From contig JBMFNR010000003.1 of NCBI GenBank assembly GCA_049970055.1, forward strand, positions 121,388-185,387: a stretch of 64,000 bases of DNA, given 5' to 3'. Source of the DNA: Fervidobacterium sp. (lineage in GTDB: Bacteria > Thermotogota > Thermotogae > Thermotogales > Fervidobacteriaceae). The position numbers and the translations under genes were made by a program. Positions 38,250-47,079 of the stretch are shown one piece after another. Positions within the stretch are counted from its first letter, which is position 1. Each line of letters begins with the position of its first letter. The notes under the pieces were generated by a model that worked only from the letters and a program-made list of their open reading frames with translations, was not told the DNA's origin and did not search any database.

Positions 38250-39398
38250 TTGTTGAAGAATACTTTTTGGAAGTCTGGAATGTTGTTTATGTTTTTAGTA
38301 CTAGTATCAAACGTGGCTTTTTCAGTTTCGCCAAAGGCAATTGAATACTACTCTGCCGGTGAGCTTTCATATAAGTCTGGAGATTATGAAAACGCGCTCA
38401 AAAACTATGAAATGGCATTGCAGTTAGATTCCACAATCGAAGGGTACGACCCCTATGTGAAATTCAAAATGGGTATATCTGCATATATGTTAGGTGACTA
38501 TAGTAAGGCAAAGAGCTATCTTTCTGGATATAACAGTAGTTTTGTAAGGGAACTTCTTGATTCAGTAAACAAAAGACAAGCCCAAGATGAATGGAAAAAG
38601 TGGATAGTAAAAAATAAACCAGCGTATTCAGAGGTCTCAACCTCTGTTGTTGCAACTTCATCACAAAAGAAGAGTACTTCAATTACCACTGTCTTAGTTA
38701 CTATTGCTATATTTTTAACTGTTTTTTCTGCGTTGCTTTATGCTGAATACCGAATCTTTAAACTGAAACGAAAGATCATTGTACTACCGAACAATTCTGC
38801 AGCACCTAGTGGCGAATCTGCTAACAAAAGTGTTCCTATCGTTGAGAGTCCGCTTAATGAGGGAAAAAAATTACCTGTTCAAGAAGACAATGCATTAAGC
38901 TTATTGCCTGAAAATGTAAAATTTATTGATTTTGAAAAACTAATTAACAGTGAGATAGATGCGTTTAACGATTTATTTGAAGAAAGATCCATCACTCAAT
39001 CCGCGGAATATACCCCATTGATCGAAGGTGAAGAAAGTCAGACTACTGACGAATCTAAGCACGAGGAAAGTATTGAAGAAAGGATAGACGTACTCGAAAG
39101 TGTCCTCGAAGAAAGTAAGAAATTGATAGAAGAACTTGCTGAGACTACCCAAATTCCTAGTAGAGATGAACAACACATTGGAGAGTCTGATTTGGCGGAG
39201 GTAGAAACGAAATTAATTTTGAAACTTAACGAGTACAAGGAAAGCCAGGGAGTTAACATGAACCAAATTGAAGCAAAGCTACTTGAGGAAATACAAAAGG
39301 ATCTTTCACATTTTGATGATCTTGAAAAGATAACAGATTACGAAACAGAGATATTTGTCAAAAAACTTTTGATGATTACTGGTGGAGAAACTAATTGA
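38250..39398 (+). CDS. TPR-repeat membrane protein with an acidic coiled-coil C-terminal tail (hypothetical)
   Basis: 382 aa with a TTG start after AGGAGTG. It has an N-terminal hydrophobic segment and a TPR-like stretch (YYSAGELSYKSGDYENALKNYEMALQLD…GDYSKAKSYL). A second TM lies at about aa 145-168, followed by an E/D-rich tail. Confidence 0.6.
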   Translation: MLKNTFWKSGMLFMFLVLVSNVAFSVSPKAIEYYSAGELSYKSGDYENALKNYEMALQLDSTIEGYDPYVKFKMGISAYMLGDYSKAKSYLSGYNSSFVRELLDSVNKRQAQDEWKKWIVKNKPAYSEVSTSVVATSSQKKSTSITTVLVTIAIFLTVFSALLYAEYRIFKLKRKIIVLPNNSAAPSGESANKSVPIVESPLNEGKKLPVQEDNALSLLPENVKFIDFEKLINSEIDAFNDLFEERSITQSAEYTPLIEGEESQTTDESKHEESIEERIDVLESVLEESKKLIEELAETTQIPSRDEQHIGESDLAEVETKLILKLNEYKESQGVNMNQIEAKLLEEIQKDLSHFDDLEKITDYETEIFVKKLLMITGGETN

Positions 39399-39632
39399 CA
39401 TCCTTTGTCTTTATAATTTTTAACTATCCACTATCTCGTTCTTTTATTTGTTATTACTGCTCTCACAGTTCAAATCGTAACTTTTTTGAGTTTTTATACT
39501 TATTAAAGGTTCTAGAGTGTATAAATCCGATAGTAAAGAGAAAATCAATTCCATTAAGTTTATGGACATTTATCAACGCAGCAACTGATTTAGGAAACAG
39601 GTGTTTAAGGTTTTCAAAACATAAAAAATATG

Positions 39633-39661
39633 TTGAAAATTTTTACCCAAAGAGTTATAAT
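39633..39661 (+). promoter_or_regulatory. Candidate promoter for the permease gene: TTGAAA-17-TATAAT
   Basis: The -35 is at 39633-39638, followed by an exact 17-nt spacer and the -10 at 39656-39661, about 55 nt upstream of the GTG start. Confidence 0.55.
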
Positions 39662-39720
39662 TTCTTTTGTACTTACAGTTGCAAAGTATTAAAAAATAAT
39701 AATTCTTAACTGTTGTTGAG

Positions 39721-41016
39721 GTGAATATTGTGAAAGTTATTGTTGCACTTACTTTTGCGTTTGTACTTTATTTTGTAATTACTGGAAAGCTCAACAAAAC
39801 TATTGCTGCAATGATTGGTGCCTTAACGTTACTGGCGGTGAGAGTCTTCCCAGATCCTTACGAAGGTCTTCAAAAATCGATAGATATAAATACAATTCTC
39901 TTTCTTGTCGGTATGATGATCTTTGTAAGGGTAATGGAAACATCTGGCATATTCCAGTACTTAGCTATCAAAACAGTGAAAATAGCTGGAACAAACCTAA
40001 AAAAACTATTCTTTGCTTTAACTTTCATCGTTACAGTTATATCTTCATTTATAGATAATGTTACGACGATACTTATATTTGTTCCCATAACATTTGCGAT
40101 AACAGATATACTTGAAGTTGATCCTGTCCCTTTTATTTTAGGTGAGATATTTGCATCAAATATTGGAGGTACAATGACTCCAATTGGTGATCCACCAAAC
40201 ATATTGATAACTTCCGCTGCGAGAATTTCTTTTTCAGAGTTCGCAATGTATATGGTACCAGTCAACTTAATTATACTTTTAATTGTTGATCTTCTGCTGA
40301 GTTTTATGGCGAGATCTTCTATGGAAAAAAATTTCCCACAAGAATTTTTAAGTAGGTTTGACGAGAGTAAGGTTATCACAAATAGAAAAAAGTTTGTAAC
40401 CTCTGCTATATTTATGATTTTTGTAATAACTCTTTTCATTTTTCAAAAACAATTGAAGCTTGAAAGCTCTATCATTGGCCTGATAGCAGGATTTTTCGGT
40501 TTATTGCTTTTTGAACCTCATGAAATAACACCGTTCCTAGAAAAGGTTGAGTGGGAAGTTATATTCTTCTTCTTAGGTTTATTCGTAATTACGGGTGCCA
40601 TGGAACAAGTTGGCTTAATGGAAGATATAGCTCAGTTCTTGGTAAAGATGTCAAATAATTCAAGTTCGGTCCTAGCTTCTGTACTGGTATGGGCTTCAGG
40701 GATCCTTTCTGGTTTTATCGATAACATACCCTTTACTGCAGCTATGATACCAGTTATCAAAAGCTTACCACAAATTAATTCACAAGTCTTTTCAAATATT
40801 ATGCCATTTTGGTATGCGTTATCACTCGGAGCATGTCTTGGTGGAAATCTAACACCTGTTGGTGCTTCGGCAAATGTCGTAGGTTTACAGTTGCTCAAAA
40901 AGTATAAAGAAAAGAATGTATCTTTTGTCTCATTTATGAAATTCGGTATCCCGGTAGTTATTCTCAGTTTGGTGATTTCCAACGTTTTCGCACTAATTTT
41001 AGTGAAAATTTTATAA
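39721..41016 (+). CDS. ArsB/NhaD (citrate-transporter-like, IT superfamily) permease
   Basis: 431 aa with a GTG start after GAGGTGA. It is polytopic, with an internal repeat and the family-typical FIDNVTT and FIDNIPFTAAMIP motifs. Confidence 0.8.
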   Translation: MNIVKVIVALTFAFVLYFVITGKLNKTIAAMIGALTLLAVRVFPDPYEGLQKSIDINTILFLVGMMIFVRVMETSGIFQYLAIKTVKIAGTNLKKLFFALTFIVTVISSFIDNVTTILIFVPITFAITDILEVDPVPFILGEIFASNIGGTMTPIGDPPNILITSAARISFSEFAMYMVPVNLIILLIVDLLLSFMARSSMEKNFPQEFLSRFDESKVITNRKKFVTSAIFMIFVITLFIFQKQLKLESSIIGLIAGFFGLLLFEPHEITPFLEKVEWEVIFFFLGLFVITGAMEQVGLMEDIAQFLVKMSNNSSSVLASVLVWASGILSGFIDNIPFTAAMIPVIKSLPQINSQVFSNIMPFWYALSLGACLGGNLTPVGASANVVGLQLLKKYKEKNVSFVSFMKFGIPVVILSLVISNVFALILVKIL

Positions 41017-41022
41017 GTAGAC

Positions 41023-41700
41023 ATGAGCGAATACGTTGTTTCAAAGAAAACTTTAGAAAAACTCAAAAAGCAACAGATTGAATTAGCAAAAAAGGTTGTT
41101 ATAAAGGACTTTGATCTTACAGCTATTTCTACAATAGCTGGTGCGGATGTTAGCTATGTTGATGATAACGCACTTGGTGTTGTTGTAGTTCTTGACAAAA
41201 ATTTGCAGATAATAGAGGTAGTTTATCAAACCGAAAAAGCATATTTTCCATATATACCGGGGTTCCTTGCTTTTAGAGAAGCCCCGGTTATTATTTACTG
41301 TTTCGAAAAGCTGAAAATGAAAGGACTACGCCCTGATATTGCAGTTTTTGATGGTCAAGGTATAGCACATCCGAGAAAAATAGGGTTAGCAAGTCATGTA
41401 GGTGTATTACTCAACATACCTACTATTGGTGTAGCAAAACATAACTTATATGGCCACTGTGAAAAACCTTCCTACGTTGGACAGGCAACAAAAATGATAG
41501 GTGATGATGGGACGATTATTGGTTATTGTTACCTTTCTAAATCGAATACAAGACCCATCTACATTTCTCCAGGCCATCTTACAGATCCAGATAGCGCTCT
41601 TGAATTTGTAAAGTCCACAATTACAATTTATAAACTCCCAGAACCTGTAAGGTTAGCTCACCTATACACTCAGAAAGTTAAGCTGGAAATAAAATTCTAA
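41023..41700 (+). CDS. nfi: Endonuclease V (deoxyinosine 3' endonuclease)
   Basis: 225 aa with AGADVSY, PYIPGFLAFREAP and DGQGIAHPRKIGLASHVGV, the classic EndoV motifs. Confidence 0.92.
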   Translation: MSEYVVSKKTLEKLKKQQIELAKKVVIKDFDLTAISTIAGADVSYVDDNALGVVVVLDKNLQIIEVVYQTEKAYFPYIPGFLAFREAPVIIYCFEKLKMKGLRPDIAVFDGQGIAHPRKIGLASHVGVLLNIPTIGVAKHNLYGHCEKPSYVGQATKMIGDDGTIIGYCYLSKSNTRPIYISPGHLTDPDSALEFVKSTITIYKLPEPVRLAHLYTQKVKLEIKF

Positions 41701-41785
41701 GGATTTTTTAAGCTATGAAATATATAATCCAAACGTGTGAAAGTGAAACTAAGACAATACTATCTTGGGTTAGGAGGTGATTTTT

Positions 41786-42448
41786 ATGAAAAAGTTCCTA
41801 AGTATTTTTCTCCTAACACTTCTTGTTTTAGTATCGTTTGCCGCTACAACAAAAACTGTCGGTAACATCTTTTCGTTGTTAGTTTTGGAAAAATCCTCAT
41901 TCGAAGTGTCAGGTAAAGTAAAGGAAGTTGTCATGGGAATTCGTGGAAACGGTTATGCACTTATAACATCGGATAGTACGGATATAAGGATCCCATTATT
42001 GTTTGCAAACCCAACAGCTGTTAAAGTGGGCTCAGATATTACTGTAAATGGTTCAAAAGTGAGTTTTGTTATACCGCTTTACTTTGAAACTAGTGGATAT
42101 AAAATCCAAATTAGACACGCTGTAAAACAAAATACTGAAACCACAACACTCGAGTTTAAGGTAAAAGATACCCAAATTTCAAAAAATTCGGCAACAATTG
42201 TTCTTGTAGATTCAATGCAGAAAGAATACACTATCCCTGCTCAGATAATACCAATTTGGAAAAATTTGAGAGCCGGTGATTCATTCAAAGTTGTTGGTAT
42301 AAAAAGAACAGTCGAACTTCCTGAAACAATATTAATCGATGGGAAGACTTACCATCTCGGCACAGGAAATATTCAATTCGGAAAGTATTTTGGAAAAGAT
42401 TATAGTGGAGTCTGGAAGAATTACAGGTTTAGAAAACCCTTGAAATAA
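41786..42448 (+). CDS. Secreted hypothetical protein (signal peptide, beta-rich)
   Basis: The ATG at 41786 lies 6 nt after GGAGGTG. The signal peptide is MKKFLSIFLLTLLVLVSFA. No motif recognised. Confidence 0.6.
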   Translation: MKKFLSIFLLTLLVLVSFAATTKTVGNIFSLLVLEKSSFEVSGKVKEVVMGIRGNGYALITSDSTDIRIPLLFANPTAVKVGSDITVNGSKVSFVIPLYFETSGYKIQIRHAVKQNTETTTLEFKVKDTQISKNSATIVLVDSMQKEYTIPAQIIPIWKNLRAGDSFKVVGIKRTVELPETILIDGKTYHLGTGNIQFGKYFGKDYSGVWKNYRFRKPLK

Positions 42449-42465
42449 TAAAATAAAATGAAAAA

Positions 42466-42490
42466 GGCACCAGCAATTTGGTGCCTTTTT
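42466..42490 (+). terminator. Intrinsic terminator
   Basis: GGCACC-agcaattt-GGTGCC followed by TTTTTCATTTT. Confidence 0.8.
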
Positions 42491-42563
42491 CATTTTATTA
42501 CTAATTTAAGCCTTCTACAGTGAATAATTGTACAGAATTTTCTTAAAATTATCAAGTTAATAA

Positions 42564-42593
42564 TTGCAACTTTCTTGAAAAGTGTGATATAAT
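42564..42593 (+). promoter_or_regulatory. Candidate promoter for the solute-binding protein gene: TTGCAA-18-TATAAT with an extended -10 (TGaTATAAT)
   Basis: The -35 is at 42564-42569 and the -10 at 42588-42593. Confidence 0.5.
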
Positions 42594-42660
42594 ATAGGCG
42601 TACTTGCCTCATCTGATTGTACTACGTCCCAAATCATATCCTTTTGAAGGGGGGATTTTT

Positions 42661-44514
42661 GTGAAAAAGTGGTTAGTAGTGCTTTTTGGTGTTCTTGCGG
42701 TAGTTTTAACGTTAGCAGCGTTTGATCCAACAGTCTACGTAGAAGCAACGATTGGTGAACCAGACACACTTGATCCTCATCTTGCTTACGATACGGCAAG
42801 CGGTGAAGTGCTCTTTAACGTATACGAAAACCTTATTGCTTACAAAGGCAGAAGTGTCAGCGAGTTTGAACCAAGACTTGCAACAGAAGTACCAACTGTT
42901 AAAAATGGTCTTATAAAAGACGGAGGAAAAACATACGTGTTCCCAATCAGAAAAGGTGTCAAGTTCCACAACGGTAATCCATTGACACCAGAAGATGTTG
43001 AGTACTCATTTGAACGTGGTCTTCTGTACGACCCCGAGGGCGGTCCGATGTGGATGCTCTGGTATGCTCTCTTCGGTGTACACTCAAGAGATGAAGCACT
43101 TGAAGAATTTGTTGGAAAACCTGTTAGCGAAATCTTTGACGCTAAGACAGGCGAGCCAAAAGCTGAGTATAAACAGAAACTTGTTGACTTCTATAAGCAA
43201 GTTGTTGATCCAGCAATCGAGGTACAAGGTGATAATGTTGTTATTAAACTTGTCAGACCATACGCACCATTTATGAATATAATTGCGCAAAGTGCACACT
43301 GGGCGGCAATTCTTGACAAAGAAACATGTATTAAACTTGGCCTTTGGGATGGAAAAGCAGAAACGTGGTGGAAATGGAAAGATATGCAAAAGGAGCAATC
43401 ACCACTTTACTCAACAGCAATTGGTACTGGTCCATACAAGTTTGTGGAATGGGATAGAAAACAGCAAAAAGTCACATTGGTAGCCAATGAGAACTATTGG
43501 AGAGAACCAGCAAAAATCAAGAAAGTAATAATCTGGGGAATTGATGAATGGTCAACAAGGAAATCCATGCTCGAGAAAGGTGACGCGGACTCTATAGCAG
43601 TTGTTCTTGAATACCTAGATCAACTGAGAGGTAACAAAGATATACAGATCATCGAAAATATTCCAACACTTTCCGTTACAGTCTTGGCATTCAATTGGTC
43701 AGTTAACCCATCAAGTAAATACGTTGGTAGTGGTAAGCTTGATGGTAATGGAATTAACCCTGATTTCTTTAGTGATGTCTACGCAAGAAAAGCAGTTGCA
43801 GCTGCAATTAACTATGATGCGCTTATTAGGGATGTTTTGAAAGGCTTTGGTAAGAGAATACCAACGGCTCTTCCAGAAGGGTTACTTGGATTTGATCCAT
43901 CATTACCACTTTACAAATTCAACCTCCAAGAAGTACAAAAGAACTTGAAGTTAGCTTGGAACGGTCAAGCTTGGGCGAAAGGCTTCAAATTTAGCGTTGC
44001 TTACAACCAAGGTAACACAGCACGACAAAGAGTTGCAGAAATGGTTAAAATGTATTTGGAAATGGCAGCACCTGGCAAAGCAAAGATAGATGTGCAACCA
44101 TTACAATGGCCAACATTCTTGGATTCAACAAAGCGAGGAGAACTTCCAGTTTTCATACTTGGCTGGCTTGCTGACTATCCAGACCCAGATAACTTCATAT
44201 TCACATATTACCACAGCAACGGTGATTACTCTGGCAGACAAGGTGAAAACTTCAGGAAATTTGTCAGTGCACCAAGGAAGGAACTCGGTGGTAAGAGTTT
44301 GGATCAACTTATCGAAGAAGCTGCTGCTGAAACAGATCCACAAGTTCGTGCAAAACTTTACATACAAATTCAGAAATTCGTTGTCGATAACTGTATAAGT
44401 GTCCCAGTTTATCAACCAGTTGGTGTGCGCGTCCAAAGAACATGGGTCAAGGGTTGGTTCGATAATCCAATGAGACCTGGAATGGACTTCTACTCAGTTT
44501 ACAAACAACAATAA
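42661..44514 (+). CDS. ABC transporter substrate-binding protein, family 5 (peptide/nickel/oligosaccharide type)
   Basis: The GTG at 42661 follows GAAGGGGGG plus 6 nt; the track start is 42604. The signal/anchor is VKKWLVVLFGVLAVVLTLAAF. Family-5 features include TLDPHLAYDTASGEVLFNVYENL and GWLADYPDPDNF. Confidence 0.88.
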   Translation: MKKWLVVLFGVLAVVLTLAAFDPTVYVEATIGEPDTLDPHLAYDTASGEVLFNVYENLIAYKGRSVSEFEPRLATEVPTVKNGLIKDGGKTYVFPIRKGVKFHNGNPLTPEDVEYSFERGLLYDPEGGPMWMLWYALFGVHSRDEALEEFVGKPVSEIFDAKTGEPKAEYKQKLVDFYKQVVDPAIEVQGDNVVIKLVRPYAPFMNIIAQSAHWAAILDKETCIKLGLWDGKAETWWKWKDMQKEQSPLYSTAIGTGPYKFVEWDRKQQKVTLVANENYWREPAKIKKVIIWGIDEWSTRKSMLEKGDADSIAVVLEYLDQLRGNKDIQIIENIPTLSVTVLAFNWSVNPSSKYVGSGKLDGNGINPDFFSDVYARKAVAAAINYDALIRDVLKGFGKRIPTALPEGLLGFDPSLPLYKFNLQEVQKNLKLAWNGQAWAKGFKFSVAYNQGNTARQRVAEMVKMYLEMAAPGKAKIDVQPLQWPTFLDSTKRGELPVFILGWLADYPDPDNFIFTYYHSNGDYSGRQGENFRKFVSAPRKELGGKSLDQLIEEAAAETDPQVRAKLYIQIQKFVVDNCISVPVYQPVGVRVQRTWVKGWFDNPMRPGMDFYSVYKQQ

Positions 44515-44537
44515 TTGAATTGCATAGCTATAAAAAA

Positions 44538-44570
44538 ATAGTCACCGGTTTACCCGGTGGCTATTTTTTT
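44538..44570. terminator. Bidirectional intrinsic terminator between convergent genes
   Basis: An 11-bp stem pairs ATAGTCACCGG with CCGGTGGCTAT (one G-U pair) around the loop TTTAC. It is flanked by A7 upstream and T7 downstream. The T-run overlaps the stop codon of the minus-strand radical SAM gene. Confidence 0.85.
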
Positions 44571-45495
44571 ATATTATTTTTGCTTTTTTCCCTTGGTACG
44601 TATCTTTTTCTAAAAGCTTTTGCTCGATTAACTTGACTATTTCGTTTTTTGATAAACCCCAGTTGCCAAAGAGTGTACCACTCGATGGTGGATCAGCGAC
44701 AAGCCTGTGAATAACGATTTTTGGTGATAAATTCTCAAGGAAAAAGATTACTCGAGTTATGTATTCTTGCAATGATCCCACATTAAGTTTGCCACTCTTG
44801 TACATATCACCAAATATCGTTCCATCGACGATGTATAAAGAATGCAGCTTTACGCCGTCAACGCCAAGAGCAGATAATATCTTTGCAGTTTCTATCACAT
44901 CTAATGTGTTATCACCTGGTAAGTTAAGGATAACGTGCGAGACAACTTCAAAGTTATATTTTTTAATAAGTGTAACTGCATATATATATTCAGCAAGCGT
45001 GTGCCCCCTATTTACCTTGACAAGGGTATGATAATTTGCTGTCTGAAGCCCTATATCAAGTGATATTTCAATTTTGTATGTCTCTTTTATGTCTTTTAGT
45101 AAATTTAAAACTTCCTCGTCTATACAATCAGGTCTTGTTGCAATATCGATTTTAACTATATCTTCGTCGAGTGCTTGGATGTAGGTTTGTCTTAGAATTT
45201 CTGGTGGCGCGTATGTGTTTGTGTAATTTTGAAAGTACGCGATAAATTTTTTTACACCTTTCTTTTTATATTTTTCTTTCATAAGCCGAAGCTGTGTTTT
45301 TATATCATACCCATGGAATGTAGTAAAGCCGCTTCCTGTCTCATCACAAAATAGGCAACCTGGTTTACCGTTTGTTCTATTAGGACAGCTAAAACCAGCA
45401 TTCAAAGGTAATCGTTGAACTTTCTCACCATATCTTTTCTTTAGCTCAACACTTAATTTCCTATACCTGTAGCCTTCTTCGAGAAAGTCGAAAAT
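44569..45495 (-). CDS. TIGR01212-family radical SAM protein (YtqA/YhcC-like), probably with a non-canonical start
   Basis: It has the radical SAM cluster motif CPNRTNGKPGCLFC. The track ORF starts at TTG 45405, only 6 codons before the first Cys. The frame is open upstream to 45552 and encodes GYRYRKLSVELKKRYGEKVQRLPLNAGF. An ATT at 45495-45493 lies 8 nt after GGAGGTG. Confidence 0.8.
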   Translation of the reverse strand: MFDFLEEGYRYRKLSVELKKRYGEKVQRLPLNAGFSCPNRTNGKPGCLFCDETGSGFTTFHGYDIKTQLRLMKEKYKKKGVKKFIAYFQNYTNTYAPPEILRQTYIQALDEDIVKIDIATRPDCIDEEVLNLLKDIKETYKIEISLDIGLQTANYHTLVKVNRGHTLAEYIYAVTLIKKYNFEVVSHVILNLPGDNTLDVIETAKILSALGVDGVKLHSLYIVDGTIFGDMYKSGKLNVGSLQEYITRVIFFLENLSPKIVIHRLVADPPSSGTLFGNWGLSKNEIVKLIEQKLLEKDTYQGKKAKII

Positions 45496-46703
45496 TTTTC
45501 TAGCACCTCCTGAACATCTATCATTGGAAATTTTCCATCTATGAATATGAACCTACCATTAACCATTGTTGCGTAAACTGTATCATTGTATGCATGAATT
45601 AAATTTTCAATTAAATTATCAAGTGGTTGAAGTTGAACATGATTGGAATTTATGAAAACCAAATCTGCAGGGTAGTTTACCGCAACTTTGCCACCTTTCA
45701 ATCTTAACGCTTCGTAGCCGTATTGTGTAATACTGTAAAATGCCTGACTTACGTTAAACAATTCCGGATTGTGCATTTTGCTTGCCAGTACTGATACTCT
45801 GAGATCAAAGAGTACATTCTGAGAGTTGTTACTTGCTGGTCCATCAGTTCCTATAGTTATTTTCAAACCATTTCTTATCATTTCATTTATCGGTGGTAAA
45901 CCATTACCTAACTTCATGTTACTTACGGTATTCACGGATGGATAACTACCATTGAGTAATCTAAGTGATTCATAATCGAGTTGAGTACAGTGGACGGGTA
46001 TGAAATGAACTTCATCAAAGCCGAGCTGAATAATTTCTTCTGGAGTGTACTTTTCCCATTCCCATTTGTTTTCAAAGAAGTGCATAGTAACAGGCATATC
46101 ATAAGCTTTTGCAATCTCTATTATTTTTTTCAAGTACTCCGTGGAACAGCTGTACGGTGCATGTGGACCTAAACCGACGAAGATTCGCCCATCGTATCCA
46201 TTCCATTTTTCGTACAATTCAATGTTTTCTCTCAGTCTTCCTCCATCATCACCACTTTTATCAATAAGTCCCCTTGTAAGGAGTGCCTTCATGCCAAAAT
46301 CAGAAACTGCCCTAGCTATTTCCTCCTCGTGAAAGTACATATCGCAAAATGCGACGATACCATGAGAAGCCATTTCCATCATGGAAAGAAGGCTCGCGTA
46401 GTAAATCATTTCTGGTGTCAATCGTTCCTCAGCAGGTAAAATCTTTTGAAACAGCCATACATTGAACGAGACATCTTCTGCATACCCTCGAAATAAAGAC
46501 ATTGCAATATGGTTATGCGTGTTAACAAAACCAGGTAGAACGATCTTACCTGAAAAATCGTATACTTCTTTGTCGTCTACCTTCAGTTCGTCACCTAAGC
46601 TTTTGATCCTTCCTTCTTTTATGTGTATATCTGTTTTTTTTAGTTTTCCATCAGATAGCGTAAAAACGTTTTTTATTAGCACACTTGATCTATCCCTTCT
46701 CAA
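45453..46703 (-). CDS. mtaD: Amidohydrolase, 5-methylthioadenosine/S-adenosylhomocysteine deaminase-like (TM0936-type)
   Basis: 416 aa with the HxH motif PGFVNTHNHIAM, a later PVTMHFFE segment and GTDGPASNN (Asp metal ligand). This is the subtype III amidohydrolase pattern. Confidence 0.8.
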   Translation of the reverse strand: MRRDRSSVLIKNVFTLSDGKLKKTDIHIKEGRIKSLGDELKVDDKEVYDFSGKIVLPGFVNTHNHIAMSLFRGYAEDVSFNVWLFQKILPAEERLTPEMIYYASLLSMMEMASHGIVAFCDMYFHEEEIARAVSDFGMKALLTRGLIDKSGDDGGRLRENIELYEKWNGYDGRIFVGLGPHAPYSCSTEYLKKIIEIAKAYDMPVTMHFFENKWEWEKYTPEEIIQLGFDEVHFIPVHCTQLDYESLRLLNGSYPSVNTVSNMKLGNGLPPINEMIRNGLKITIGTDGPASNNSQNVLFDLRVSVLASKMHNPELFNVSQAFYSITQYGYEALRLKGGKVAVNYPADLVFINSNHVQLQPLDNLIENLIHAYNDTVYATMVNGRFIFIDGKFPMIDVQEVLEKFSTFSKKATGIGN

Positions 46704-47035
46704 ATATTAACTCTTTGAGCGTCGATCCAAAGGTGTTCGATATCGTAAAACTCTCTTGCATTTTTTGTAAAGATGTGTACAACAATATCACCAGCATCTA
46801 TTAATATCCAGTCGTAACCTTCACCACGATCGTAGTAAATGAGTTCTTTACCAACTTTGCCAAAAAAATCGACAATTTCATCTCTGAGGCTCTTCATGTG
46901 TATATTACTATTAGCAGTACAAATAACGAAATAATCGGTCAACAATCTCGTTTTTGACATATCTAATATAACAGGATCGATTGCTTCCTTTTTTTCTAAG
47001 ATCTTCATTAATTTTGCTAAAATGTCTTTTGCCAC
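46700..47035 (-). CDS. rsfS: Ribosome silencing factor RsfS (iojap)
   Basis: 111 aa, with DYFVICTANSNIHMKSL and WILIDAGDIVVHIF, which are typical of RsfS. Confidence 0.9.
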   Translation of the reverse strand: MAKDILAKLMKILEKKEAIDPVILDMSKTRLLTDYFVICTANSNIHMKSLRDEIVDFFGKVGKELIYYDRGEGYDWILIDAGDIVVHIFTKNAREFYDIEHLWIDAQRVNI

Positions 47036-47079
47036 ACTTTCTTTATTCAGACTTATCCCTCCTTTAGAAATCTCTTACT

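Noticed and set aside
39395-39709. 104-aa plus-strand ORF in the TPR/permease spacer
   Set aside because: It has implausible composition (Cys/Phe/Tyr/Asn-rich) and no SD, and it runs through the predicted permease promoter. I treated it as non-coding; the region is reported as an unexplained spacer instead.
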